Positions 36,060 through 47,789 of a stretch of 64,000 nt of DNA are shown here, piece after piece. The translations under genes were made by a program, and so were the position numbers. The stretch lies in the NCBI RefSeq assembly GCF_009914755.1, contig NC_060925.1; one strand, given 5' to 3'. The notes beneath the pieces are model-generated. The model was not told where the DNA came from, ran no database searches, and was given only the letters and a program-made list of their open reading frames with translations. Within the stretch, counting starts at the first letter, position 1. The number at the start of each line of letters is the position of its first letter. The stretch comes from the human T2T-CHM13v2.0 reference genome, Homo sapiens.

Positions 36060-36300
36060 CAGGCTTTCCCTTCTCTCTAACTTCCTCCCGGCTCTCCGTG
36101 CTCTGCCTGCACCTCTCCCCACTCTACACTTCTCCCCGCCTCCTTACTCTGCTCCCCTGACCCACCCATCTCCTCTCTACCCTCTGCTTCTGTGCCTCTG
36201 CCTGCCTCCTCCCTCTCCCATTTCCAGCCCCTCTCTCTCTCTCTCTCTCTCTCTCCCTCTCTCAGTCTCCCCCTTCCCTCCATCTCTCTCTCTTCCTTGT
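36060..36300. repeat. Polypyrimidine/(CT)n tract
   Basis: CT-rich stretch with a (CT)n core at about 36230-36262. Confidence 0.85.
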
Positions 36301-37421
36301 AGCTATGATGCTCAGAGATTTGGTCAGACGGTATCTGTCAGCGATGAGGGAACATGATCAGGTGGCCCTGGTCAGTCAATAAAGCTGCTGCGGTAGCAGG
36401 CCAGATGGGCAGAGCTGGAGCTGCCCATAGGCAGACATGAGGCTCTCTGGCATTCACCGTTTCTTGGCATAGGAATCCTTTTGCAAACCCAGACACACAG
36501 CTGGATTCCACTCTGGTGCCAACCCCTGGCCACCCAACCCTTCCCAGTGGTTCCCAGGATGCCTGGACCTCAGTGGATCATCTTCCTTCATCATCTAGTC
36601 TCCTCCCGGCCATCTACAATGCTCTGGGCTGCACAACATTTGTACCCGTACCTTAAAAATAAAACATGGGCAAGAAAAAGGTTTCTGTGTACACCAATGA
36701 CAGATTCGATGATTCAGACCAATCCTCCTACTGCGGACAACTAGGAAAGACAGGCAAAGCCAGCTTGAATTAGAGTGGACAAGGCAGTGATGACTCATAG
36801 AGGAATAAGATTCAAGAGAATATCAAAGCCCAGAGAAGGGAACCTAGCATTTATGATGACTTTTCACCAGGGGCTTCTACCAATTTCGGAAGATGGGGCT
36901 GGGAGACTCATCATCTCAATGCCTGACATTGGATTAAAGTGATCTTGGATTGCTAGTGTTTCTATCTAGTAACATTTAGTAACTATTTAGTAGAAATTAT
37001 TTAGTAACAAGTTTCTAACTAGTTTTCTCCCAGAAACAAACATAAATTCTCTAGAGGAAGAAAACTTCACTCTTAGGCTTATATTTCCTTTTTGTAGTTT
37101 TAAAAGAAAAGTAACTGGTACTCAACCAAAAATAACTAGGTATACAAGGAGATAAGACAGTGTAAATGAAAACCAGGAAAAAATAGGAAATATAAACAGG
37201 CCTACAGGAACCCCAAATATTGGACTTATCAGACATAGAAATGAAAACATCTGTGCTTATTCAAGGAAATAATGCAAATGAGTTAGAATTTCAACAGAAA
37301 ACTGGAAACTATAAAAAGAGGAACCAAATTAAAAAATCAAGAACTGAAAAATTTAATAATCAGAATTAGGAACTTAGTGGATAGGGTGAACAAAACAAAT
37401 AAGACACAGATGGAGAGATAT

Positions 37422-37494
37422 GCACAGAAAGGGACCCACAGGAAGCTGTGAGGATGAGGCAGGGACTGGCCAAGAATCACCACGATGGGCGGCT
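37422..37494 (+). repeat. 73-bp direct copy of 17931-18003 inserted in the L1
   Basis: 71/73 identical; both differences are CpG>CpA. Confidence 0.95.
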
Positions 37495-37916
37495 TGAAGC
37501 AGCAACTTGAGTTGCTATGATTTTTCTAAAACTGCATAACACATCTAACCACAGATCTAAGAAGTTCTACAAACCCCAAACAGGTCTATGAAAGTTAGGG
37601 CTGTGAATATGGGGTGGCCTACAGAAAGATGGAGGGAGTAATCATCAGGGTGAGGACCATCTCCTACCCAAGTTCACTGGGCAAATGCTGTCTTTCTCAT
37701 ATCTATACCCATCTCTGTCTTTCCTATCTCTACCTTTCCTGGGCCTTCATAGAAAACTGCTCAAAACCAGAGAACAAGAGAAATTCTAAAAACAACCAAA
37801 AAGTGTAAGACCCATTACTTTCAAAAAAGCTTCAACTAGACAGAAAGCTAGGTAATAGACACAACTGAAGCCCAAAGACAATGAAATGATGACTTAAATT
37901 TTTGAAATAAAGTAAC

Positions 37917-40238
37917 TGCATTAGTCCATTCTCATGCTGATATAAAGAACTGCCTGAGAATGGATAATTTATAAAGGAAAGAGGTTTAGTTGACTCAGTT
38001 CCTCAGGACTGGAGAGGCCTCAGGAAACTTACAATCATGGTGAAAGTGGAAGCAAACACGTCCTGTTTCTCATGGGAGCAGGAAGAAAAAGAATGAGTGC
38101 CGAGCAAAGGGGAAGCCCTTTATAAAACCATCCGATCTCATGAGAACTCACTCACTATCATAAGAACAGCAGCATGCAGGTAACCGGCCCAATGATTCAG
38201 CTACCTCCCACTGGGTCCCTCCCACAACATATAGGGATTATGGGAACTACAATTCAAGAGAGATTTTGTGGGGACACAGCCAAACCATATAATTCCGCCC
38301 CTGGCCCCTCCCAAATCTCATGTCCTCACACTTTGAAACACAATCATGCCTTTCCAAGAGTCCCCGAAAGTCTTAACTAATTCCAGCATTAACCCAAAAG
38401 TCCAAGCCCAAAGTCTCATCTGAGACAAGGCAAGGCCCTTTCATCTATGTGCCTGTAAAATCAAAAGCAAGTTAGTTACTTCCTAGATGCAATGGAGGTA
38501 CAGGCTTTGGGCAAATACACAGGTTCCACATGGGAGAAATTGGCCAAAACAAAGGCCCCATGCAAGTCCAAAATCCAACAAGGCAGTAATTAAATCTTAA
38601 GGCTCTGAAATAATCTCCTTTGAATCCATGTCTCACATCCAGGTCACACTTATGCAAGAGGTGGGCCCCCATGGCCTTGGGTAGCTCCACCACTGTTGCT
38701 TTGCAGGGTACAGCCCCCCACCAGCTGCTTTCATGGGTTGGCGTTGAGTGTCTGAGACTTTTCCAGGTGCACAGTGCAAGCTGTCAGTGGATCTACCATT
38801 CTGGGGTCTGGAGGACCATGGCCCTCTTCTCACAGCTCCACTAGGCAGTGCCCCAGTGGGGACTCTGTGCGGGAGACTCCAACCCCACATTTGTCTTCTG
38901 CACTGCCCTAGCAGAGGTTCTCTATGAGGGCCCCACCCCTGCAGCAAACTTCTTTCTGGACATCCAGGAGTTTCCATACATCCTTTGAAACCTGGGCAGA
39001 GGTTCCCAAACCTCAGTTCTTGACTTCTGTGCACCTGTAGGCTCAACACCACATGGAAGGTGCCAAGGCTTGGTGCTTGCACCCTCTGAAGCCATGGCCT
39101 GAGCTGTACCTTGGCCCTTTTTAGAAATGGCTTGAGTGGCTGGGACACAGGGCACCAAGTCCCAAGGCTGCATACAGCAGTAGGGCCCTGGGCCCAGCCC
39201 AGGAAACCATTTTTCCCTCCTAGGCCTCTGGGCCTGCCACAAAATTCTCTGAAGTGCCCTGGAGATATTTTCCTCATTGTCTTAGTGATTAACATTTGGC
39301 TCTTTGTTACTTATGCAAATTTCTGAGCTGGCTTGAATTTCTTCCCAGAAAATGGTGTTTTTTTTTTTCTATCACATCATTGGGCTGCAAGTTTTCCAAA
39401 CTTTTATGCTCTGTCGCCTCTTGAATGCTTTGCTGCTTCAAAGTTTCTTCCACCAGATACACTAAATCATCTCTCTCAATTTCAAAGTTCCCCAGATCTC
39501 TAGGGCAGGGACAATATGGTGCCAGTCTCTTTGCTAAAGCATAGCAAGAATCACCTTTATTCCAGTCCCCAACAAGTTCCTTATCTCCATCTGAGACCAC
39601 CTCAGCCTGGACTTCATTGTCTATATTACTAACAGTATTTTGGTCAAAGCCATTCAATAAGTCTTTAGGACGTTCCAAACTTTCCCACATTTTCCTGTCT
39701 TCTGAGCCCTCCAAGTCTCTAGGAGGTTTCAAACTTTCCCACATTTTCCTGTCTTCTTCTGAGCCCTCCAAACTGTTTCAACCTCTGCCTGTTACCCAGT
39801 TCCAAAGTCACTTCCACATTTTTGGACATCTTTATAACAGCACCCACTCTTGTACTAATTTACTGTATTAGTCTGTTCTCATGCTGCTATAAAGAAACTA
39901 CCTGAGACTGGGTAATTTATAAAGGAAAGAGGTTTAATTGACTCACAGTTCTGCAGGGCTGGGGAGGCCTCAGGAAACTTATAATCATGACAGAAGGGGA
40001 AACAAACACATCCTTCTCATGGTGGCAGGAAGGGGAAGAATGAGAGCTGAGCAAAAGGGGAAGCCCTTTATAAAGCCATCAGATCTTGTGAGAACTCGCT
40101 ATCATGAGAACAGCAGCATGGGGGTAACTGCCCCCATGATGTAATCACTTCCCACTGGGTCCCTCTCACAACTTGTGGGGATTACAGGAACTACAACTCA
40201 AGATGAGATGTGGGTGGGGACACAGCCAAACTGTATCA
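37917..40238 (-). mobile_element. Full-length THE1 (THE1C-type) MaLR provirus: LTR 37917-38292, internal 38293-39863, LTR 39864-40238
   Basis: Two approximately 375-bp LTRs (tgtattagtc...ggggacacagccaaac...atca), a THE1 internal region, and a perfect 5-bp TSD GTAAC at 37912-37916 and 40239-40243. Confidence 0.96.
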
Positions 40239-41549
40239 GTAACTATCTATCTAGAATTCTATAGACAGCAAAAGCATATTTCAAAAAAAGGTCAGAAAAA
40301 GACATTTCTAACCAAACAAAATCTGAGAAGTTGTGAGCAGCAGATGCTCACTAAATAGGAAACATTGAAAGGTTCAATAGAAAGAAAAAGACCTTCATAT
40401 GGAAAGTCAAAGATCCAGGAAGGAATAAAGAGCACCACAAATGGAAAATATGTGGTTCTGTTTATATGAGTACCGACTGTATAAACAAAAGTAACAAACA
40501 TATACAATTAAGATATGTAATATCAATGACATAAAAGTTGGAGAAATAAAATGGAATTAAGGTATTCTAAAATCTTTGCATTGTCTCAGAAGAGAGCAAA
40601 ATTATCAAGTAATATTATATTTTGATAAGGCAAGAACGCCTGCTGTAATCTCTTGGGTAACCTCTAAACAAATAAAAATGACTAATGTTTATATAAATAA
40701 TGGAGGGTGGAGTAATTTTAAAATGGAATCATTCAAATGAAGCAAGAAAAGAGATTAAAAGGAACACAGATTATTCAGTCCAAATAGAAAAATATATTTA
40801 AGCCCAAGTATATAATTAATTACATTAAATATAAATGGGTTAAATCATCTGATTAAAAGATAAAAGTTATCATGCTTAATTAAAAATAAAACCCAAATAT
40901 ATTTTGCTTATAAAAGCTACATGAACAAAATTCAAGTATATATTGTTTATAAAAGTGACAATCTGAATATAAGAATCCAGACAAATTGAAATAAAAGTTT
41001 GAAAAAAGATGTGCTAGGAAAGACTGACATTACAAAGCTGTAGTAGCTACAATGAGATCAGATAAACTCTAAGGCAAAAAGCATTACCAGAGAGAAAGAT
41101 GAAAAGATTGGATTAACATTCTTAAAATTGATGAATGTAATTAAGCACATACATAGAATAGAGTAGAAAAGCATATGACATTATCAACAGATTCAGGAAA
41201 AGCACTTGATGATACTTAACATCAATTCATAAACTAGGAATGGATGGCAGCTTCCTTAATCTGACAAAGTAAATAAACAAAACTTATAACAAATATCAAC
41301 CATGATGGTGAATTGTTGAAAGCTCTCTGAGATTGGAAACAAGACAAGAATGCCTACTACTATAAATTCCATTCAACCCTGGACTAGAGATCCTGGCCAG
41401 TGCAATAAGGCAAGAAAAAGTAACAAAAGTTATAACTATTAGAAATATTATTGTCATAATTTGCAGATGATATGATTAGGTAACTAAAAAACCAAAAAGA
41501 GCCTGCAGATCTATTATTAAAATAATAAGATTATTAATTATATCTCTCC

Positions 41550-41837
41550 TTTGTTTGAGACAGAATCTCACTCTGTTGCCCAGGCTGGAGTGCAGTGGTG
41601 TGATCTCAGCTTACAGTAATCTCTGCCTCTGGGGTTCAAGTGATTCTCCCACCTCAGCCTCCTGAGTAGCTGGGATTACAGGTGTGTGCCACCATGCCCA
41701 GCTAATTTTTGTATTTTTGTAGAGATCTGGTTTTGCCATGTTGGCCAGGTTGGTCTTGAACTCCTGACCTCAGGTAATCCACCTGCCTCAGCCTCCCAAA
41801 GTGCTAGGATTACAGGCATGAGCCACCATGACTGGCC
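41550..41837 (-). mobile_element. AluS (Sx/Sz-like)
   Basis: tttgagacagaatctcactctgttgcccaggctggagtgcagtgg...gaactcctgacctcagg...gagccaccatgactggcc. Confidence 0.95.
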
Positions 41838-43327
41838 CTGCAAATATTTCTCTATATAGCAACAAACTTAAAAAATTTTAATCATTTATAGTAGCATCAA
41901 AAATATCAAATGCCGAGTAATGAATCTTGTGAAAGGCAGGCAAAACCTCATCACAGAAAAATAGAGACCTTCAGAGACATTAAAGAAAACAGAAGTAAAT
42001 CAAGGAATACCATATTTATAGATTGAAAAAACCAATTAGGTCAAGTTGTCAATCCTTTACAGATTGATTTGTAGCGTTAATACAATCCTAATCAAAATCC
42101 TGTATGGTTTTCCATGAAAACTTACAGGCTAATTTTTAAAGTTATATGAAAAATCAATGCATTTGGAGGAGTCAATTCATTCTTGAAGAACCAAAAGGGA
42201 GTTTGTACTCCACAGACAGAAATGAGTCTTACACATCTGAAGGCATTAAGGCAGTTGGTATTGGCTCCAGGATAGACACATGGACAAAGGTCAGAGCAGA
42301 GAAGCAATCACCAAAGTGTGGACTTTTGACGTATGGCACAGCCCTGGGCCCTGGGCCCTGCTGGCGAAAGAGGCCTCTGTTTGGATCAGAGCTTGGGTCC
42401 CAAGGCTGCATTTGATGGTGCAGTGTCATGCTATTCCCTGTTGATCCTGAGGCAACCTTGTGGGCTTGAACCCACTGGGAAGAGGCACAAATGGCACTAT
42501 TGGCAGCCTGTGGGGAGGGAATTAGAAGTGGCTGAATTAGAAGTGGCACCTCTGCCAGACCCTTGGCTGCCGTCTGCCTGTCTCTGGAGAGGGCTGCTAT
42601 AAATGGATGCATCTCTGATGATGGGGATGTGGGGATGCATCTCTGATGATGGGGTGCACCTCCCTAGATTTGGGCCTGGCTGAGAGGTTTGGGGATGGTG
42701 TGCTCCTCCTCCATGGGAGTGCTGGACCACTTGGGTAAATGGTCAAGCAGAGTCCACAGACAGCAGCACAGGGCAAGTCTGCTGGGAAGTGCCCTCATGG
42801 CCACCTTCTGCACCATCCCAAGTGCAATTCGAGCCATCCCTGGTCAAGAGGTGGTCACTGGTTGGGCAGAGATGCTGGGTTGAGAAGGATGCTGGGTTCC
42901 GGGGACTGAAGGCCAAATTGATCACTGACTTCTGACATGGGTGAGGGGCAAGCAGGGGTGGCTCCTGTGTCCTGAACAGCCAGCCTGCCATAGCAGCACC
43001 CAGGATGAGGAGGAAGAGCCACGTACGTGCCAGTGTCCGTGCAAATGACCAAGGGGTAGTGTGAAGGGCTCATGAGGCAGCTGGCAGGGAGTACATCCTA
43101 GAAGGTATTCGCTTTAGAAACATCATGGTAACTTGCTGCCCTTTAGCTCTCTTTTTCTACTCTAATGCCAGAGAAAAGAGATGCTTGGGAGAAAGAGATG
43201 CAACCTTGCCTAACAAGAAATTCCAAAAGTGTCAGATAACATGGGACAGCTTTCTTCTGCCAGGAAGGTCAAAATGTGGACTGAAGCTCCAGCCTGAACA
43301 CCCATGCACGTGTGCGGAGTGCCCCGC

Positions 43328-43569
43328 CTGCCCCACGACTGGAGTGAAGCCTGGGACCTGCCCCACGACTGGAGTGAAGCCTCGGACCTGCCCCGCGACT
43401 GGAGTGAAGCCTCGGACCTGCCCCGCGACTGGAGTGAAGCCTGGGACCTGCCCCGCGACTGGAGTGAAGCCTGGGACCTGCCCCGCGACTGGAGTGAAGC
43501 CTGGGACCTGCCCCGCGACTGGAGTGAAGCCTCAGACCTGCCCCGCGACTGGAGTGAAGCCGTGGGGAC
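43328..43569. repeat. 30-bp minisatellite, 8 copies
   Basis: Unit CTGCCCCGCGACTGGAGTGAAGCCTSGGAC. Confidence 0.97.
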
Positions 43570-43849
43570 CGCCTTCCTCTCTAGGATGCTCAGGGCAGGT
43601 GAGGCCAGCTGCCAAAAGACACCTGGTTGGGTGAGCCCTGGCCTACTTAAAAGGGGTGGGAGGTACATTTTCATTCATTAGCTTTTTACTTTAAATAACA
43701 AACACCAGATGGGACATTTTATTAGGTATCATTGAACAAAATATATTTAGTTAGCCAAAGTATTCAGCCAAAAACATCAAGAAACATGATTAAATTAAAA
43801 ATTACAACTGTTAGGTAGGTGAACCTTTGAGGAGGGTGTCCCATTCTCT

Positions 43850-44250
43850 AAGGCTAGCTCTTCTGGGACAACTGCACAGAGGCCAAGGCTGTCCCTTCTG
43901 GTCTGACCACACAGAGGCCAACGCTAGCCCTTCTGGTCTGATCACACAGAGGCCAAGGCTAGCCCTTCTATCTGACTACACAGAGGTCAAGGCTAGCCCT
44001 TCTGATCTGATCACGCAGAAGTCAAGGCTAGCCCTTCTGGTCTGATCACACAGAGGCCAAGGCTAGCCCTTCTATCTGACCACAGAGAGGCCAAGGTTGG
44101 CCCTTCTGGTCTGATCACACAGAGGACAAGGCTAGCCTTTCTGATGTGATCACACAGAAGTCAAGGTTAGCCCTTCTGGTCTGACCACACAGAGGCCAAG
44201 GCTAGCCCTTATGGTCTGACCACACAGAGGCCAAGGCTATCCCCTCTGGG
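43850..44250. repeat. 34-35-bp minisatellite, 11 copies plus a partial copy, each with a DR0/NR5A-like motif
   Basis: Unit CACACAGAGGYCAAGGCTAGCCCTTCTGGTCTGAY. Confidence 0.95.
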
Positions 44251-45688
44251 AGTTCCCACAGCCTCCCCTGGTGACAGTATTTGGCCAGCCATCCCTGGCC
44301 TGTGCATGGAGGAAGCCTGTGCATGCTGGCACACAGGAGAGGGTGCCATGGATTGGGCAGGCATCCTTCCCCCTGTGCTACGGTGGATGCAGAGCAGGCA
44401 ACATCAGTAACCACTGTCCCTGGCAGGGTGGCCTTGGGCAGATCAGGCATTTCTGTGGCGAAACCTGGGGTGGAGGGAGGAATCGTGCTGGCCTCTGGAA
44501 TCGTTGCAAGCAGCAGAGTATATGCCATGGCCGGCTTGTCACTATGAGCCAAATGAACATGACTTCCCCATCCTCACTGGTTGCCCCACCAGCTGGGTCT
44601 CCCAGATGCTGGTTCCCACCTCTCTCCAAGGCAGGAGGTGTCCCCATCAAGAAGGAAGATGGCCTGGAGCCGAGCCGTGGGGAGCAGGCCTTCCGTTCCT
44701 CCTGAATTCTCCTCTCCTGAGTGGCACATGCTGGTGTGGGCACTGGTTTTGTGGCTTCCTGAGCAGACTCTGGGGTCTGCAGAGAGGCCAGGAGCCTTGG
44801 GTTGGATTCCCAACTCCACACCCTCCTCAACCCCAGAACAAAGTGTGGATGAGAAGACAGAGCAAGGAAACATTCAGAAATCTGCCTCGGTCCTTCTTTG
44901 AATTCTCAGCTTTCTGTGGCAGAATAAGGAGAAAGAAGGAAACATCAGGTGGGGGAAAGAAGGGGCTAGTGGCACCTGGGGTCTCGTGCCAGCTCTCACC
45001 TGGGGAGATGCCTGGGGATCTCCCATCCTGTGGGCCCTCCTCCAAGGCGTCCCTGTTTGGTATACACGATGTTCCCAGGGAACTCCGACTTCTCCCAACG
45101 CTTTGCAAACATAAGCCTGGTTTTGTAGGAGCACAAAGACAGAATGCCTAGGCACTGTGAAGAGCTTACCCGGGAGCTTCCTCTCCTATGGGCCCTGGCC
45201 TCTGTCTCCTGAGCCGGCGATTCAGGCCTGGTATGGCTGTCTTCACTCCTGGCCCCTCCATCCCGGGGAACCAGCGGCCTCTGCTCTGTGGGACGCTAAG
45301 CCTCGCCTCCACTTTCTCTCTTCGATCACGGCCGTTTCATCTCAAATTGCCACCAAGGACTCTCTGAGCTGGGAAGGCCAGGCTTCTGTGCCTCGGTGTG
45401 CAGGGGTGTGTTTATTCCTTCCAAGTAACTGCATTGGCAAAAAATGGAAATAATCAATGGGGAACGATGACCGGCATTTAGAGGCTGTTCATGACTAGAG
45501 CGACTGGTACAGGAGCACCCGCCTCCCCAGACAGCAGCCTGGGCGCTTCTTCTCTGCAGGACTGTGTGTGCTGTGCGGTCCTGGAGGCCTGGCCGGGTTT
45601 GCTCCCTGGCAGTGAAAGGCAGAAGCAGGTAGATGCTCTGAGACCTCCAACTCCCTCTGGGGGCAGAGCCGACCTCTCTGCAAGCTTC

Positions 45689-46030
45689 TGTGGGATGGAC
45701 TAAGCTGTGTCTCCTCCCAAATTGATCCGTTAAAGTCCCAGCTCCCAAGACCTCCTCACGTGGCTATATTTGGAGATGAGCTCTTTAAGGAGGTAAATCA
45801 ATGAGAATGAGACCATTTGGGTGAGCCCTCATCCAACGTGACTTAGTGTCCCTAGAAGAAGAGGTGATTAGGACACAGACACGCTTTCTGCACACCCAGG
45901 AGAGAGGCCTCAGAACGAACCCACCCTGCCCACAACTTGACCTTGGATTTCCAGCCTCTGGGACTGTGAGACAATAGAGATCTGCAGTTCCAGCCCCCAG
46001 AGTCTGCGGTACCTTTGAAGGACTTTCAAA
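45689..46030 (+). mobile_element. MLT1A0-type solo LTR
   Basis: tatttggagatgagctctttaaggaggtaa...agaagaggtgattaggacacagacac...gagaggcctcagaacgaaccc...ttgaccttggatttccagcctctgggactgtgagacaata. Confidence 0.85.
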
Positions 46031-46287
46031 CTTCCAGGGCTGGACCAGCCAGAAGGTGTCCTGGTGCGGAGCCTCCAGCACAGCTGCTGAGAGGGCGCTG
46101 GGAGGGGGCAGGAGGCAATTACATCGTGTAAATGGGACCCCAGACATGTGGGTGTCACTCTCTGGTCAAGCAAATATTTGCTCATTGCTTTCTAAAGGTG
46201 AACAACATAAACATAGCTCCTAGCCTCGAAGAGCCTCCGTGCTATTAAGGAAATTAATAGTCACTTAGAGAAACTGATGAGAACATA

Positions 46288-46625
46288 TGTGATCGTTTGG
46301 ATTGTTGCTCGGCAAATATTGCCCCCTCCTCCCCTCGCTGTGAGGTGGGGTGACTTCCCCGTTGTGGACTTTGGGCTGGGCCTTGCAATTTCTCTGGCCA
46401 AGGGATGTTGGCCTCCTGCCTGCTGAGGACATGCCCTGAAGAACGTGTGCCCGGGGTCCACCATTGTCCCGCAGCCCAGGCCCCAGAATTCACAGACCTG
46501 CGGCAGCCGTGAGCCCAATCATAGCCTCAAGCAGGGCCCACCGCTGGCCCGCGAGGGTGAGGAGCAGGGCCTATGGCTGGGAGGCACTGACCTGGGGGAG
46601 CTTTGTTAGGCGCCATTGCTGAAGA
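46288..46625 (+). mobile_element. Old MLT1 (I/J-like) LTR
   Basis: gactttgggctgggccttgcaatttctctggccaagggatgt...gcactgacctgggggagctttgtta; highly diverged. Confidence 0.5.
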
Positions 46626-46735
46626 AACCCCACACACAAATGATGTTCATCTCAGCCAGGAAAGTAGAAATGTGAGGGGAATATGACTACAGTCTATCAA
46701 ATCCTGAAAGTTGCTTGTAGAATGAGCACACAAGG

Positions 46736-47022
46736 GGCCAGCCGTGGTGGCTCATGCCTGAAATCCCAGTGCTTTTGGAGGCCAAGGCAAGAGGATCACA
46801 TAAGCCCAGGAGTTTGAGACCAGCCTGGGCAACATAGTGAGACCCCATTGCTACAAAAAATACAAAAATTAGCCAGGTGTGGAGGCGCGGACCTATGGTC
46901 CCAGCTACTCAGGAGGCTGAGATGGGAGGATTGATTGAGGCCAGGAGTCTGAGGCTGCAATCTCCACTCCAGCCTGGATGGCAGAGCAAGACCCTGTCTC
47001 TAGAAAAAAAGACAAAAAAAAA
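46736..47022 (+). mobile_element. AluJ with a degenerate TSD
   Basis: ggccagccgtggtggctcatgcctg...gagtttgagaccagcctgggcaacatagtgagacccc...A-tail; flanks agaatgagcacaca / agcatgagtacaca (12/14). Confidence 0.93.
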
Positions 47023-47075
47023 GCATGAGTACACATTCATTCATCAGATAGTGGATGGTGGTATATTGGGGGAAG

Positions 47076-47405
47076 AAGGGAGACAGCAAATGACAGCCTG
47101 CAGACCTAAGCAAGCCTGCCACTTGTTTTTGAATGGCCCATGAGCTAAAAATGGCTTTTACATTTTTTAGTGGTTGAAAAAGAAAATCAAAGGAAGAATA
47201 ATATTTTGCGACACATGAACTTGATATGAAATTCAAATGTCAATGTCTATAAATAAAGCTGTATTGGAATGCAGCCACACGCCCATTTGTTCTGCGTTAT
47301 CCATGTCTGCTTTCAGGTTCTAGCGTCAGAGTTTAGTGGTTCAGGCCCATGCAACCTCAACTGTTTACCTTCTGGACCTGCCTAGTAAAAGCCCACTGAT
47401 CTCTG
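47076..47405 (+). mobile_element. MER58B hAT-Charlie DNA transposon
   Basis: ggcccatgagctaaaaatggcttttacatt...gaataatattttgcgacacatga...tatgaaattcaaat...ataaataaagctgtattggaatgcagccacac. Confidence 0.85.
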
Positions 47406-47789
47406 AAGAAGATACAGTCTTAGGGCAAAAAACAAAAGGGGTCAGCTCACATAATGTGGAGCACAGCTGCACTGTGATGCTGGGGCAAAGTGAAACAGGC
47501 TTAGGGGCATATTTCACAAACTTGCTCAGGCAGCCAGCGTTTGATGCCTCCTACATGCCCAGGTCTGTGAAAGCCCGCCTGCCCCAGCATAAGGAAGCAG
47601 AAGATTCTACCCTGTGCTTATTTGCAGGGAAGGATCCCTTTCCATAACCTTGACTTCAGGAGCCAAGTCCTTCCTGGTTACCCACTCTGTTCCTTCCTTC
47701 CTTCATGTCCTCATGACTCACCCATTCCCTGAATACCTTCCATGCACGGTGTCTTGTGCTGAACTTGAAGATACAACATTGAGTAAAAT

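Larger units (their letters stand above)
36640..42330 (+). mobile_element. Old, internally deleted L1M element (ORF1 and ORF2 remnants), interrupted by THE1C and AluS
   Basis: A-rich plus strand; 40819-40860 translates ITLNINGLNHLIKR (ORF2 endonuclease N-terminus); 41460-41477 translates FADDMI (RT catalytic motif). Many stops; the 5' boundary is approximate. Confidence 0.85.

Noticed and set aside
38633-39771. 220-aa and 154-aa minus-strand ORFs, with a short internal duplication near 39660-39775
   Set aside because: They are broken remnants of the THE1 internal ORF. I believe the duplication is common in THE1 internal sequences, so it is not locus-specific.
43125-43681. ORFs with CPATGVKPGT / DLPRDWSEA repeats
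   Set aside because: They are explained by the 30-bp VNTR; no coding signature outside the repeat.
41550-47022. Oppositely oriented AluS/AluJ pair as a dsRNA or editing substrate
   Set aside because: They are about 4.9 kb apart, from diverged subfamilies, with no evidence of a spanning transcript; this arrangement is commonplace.
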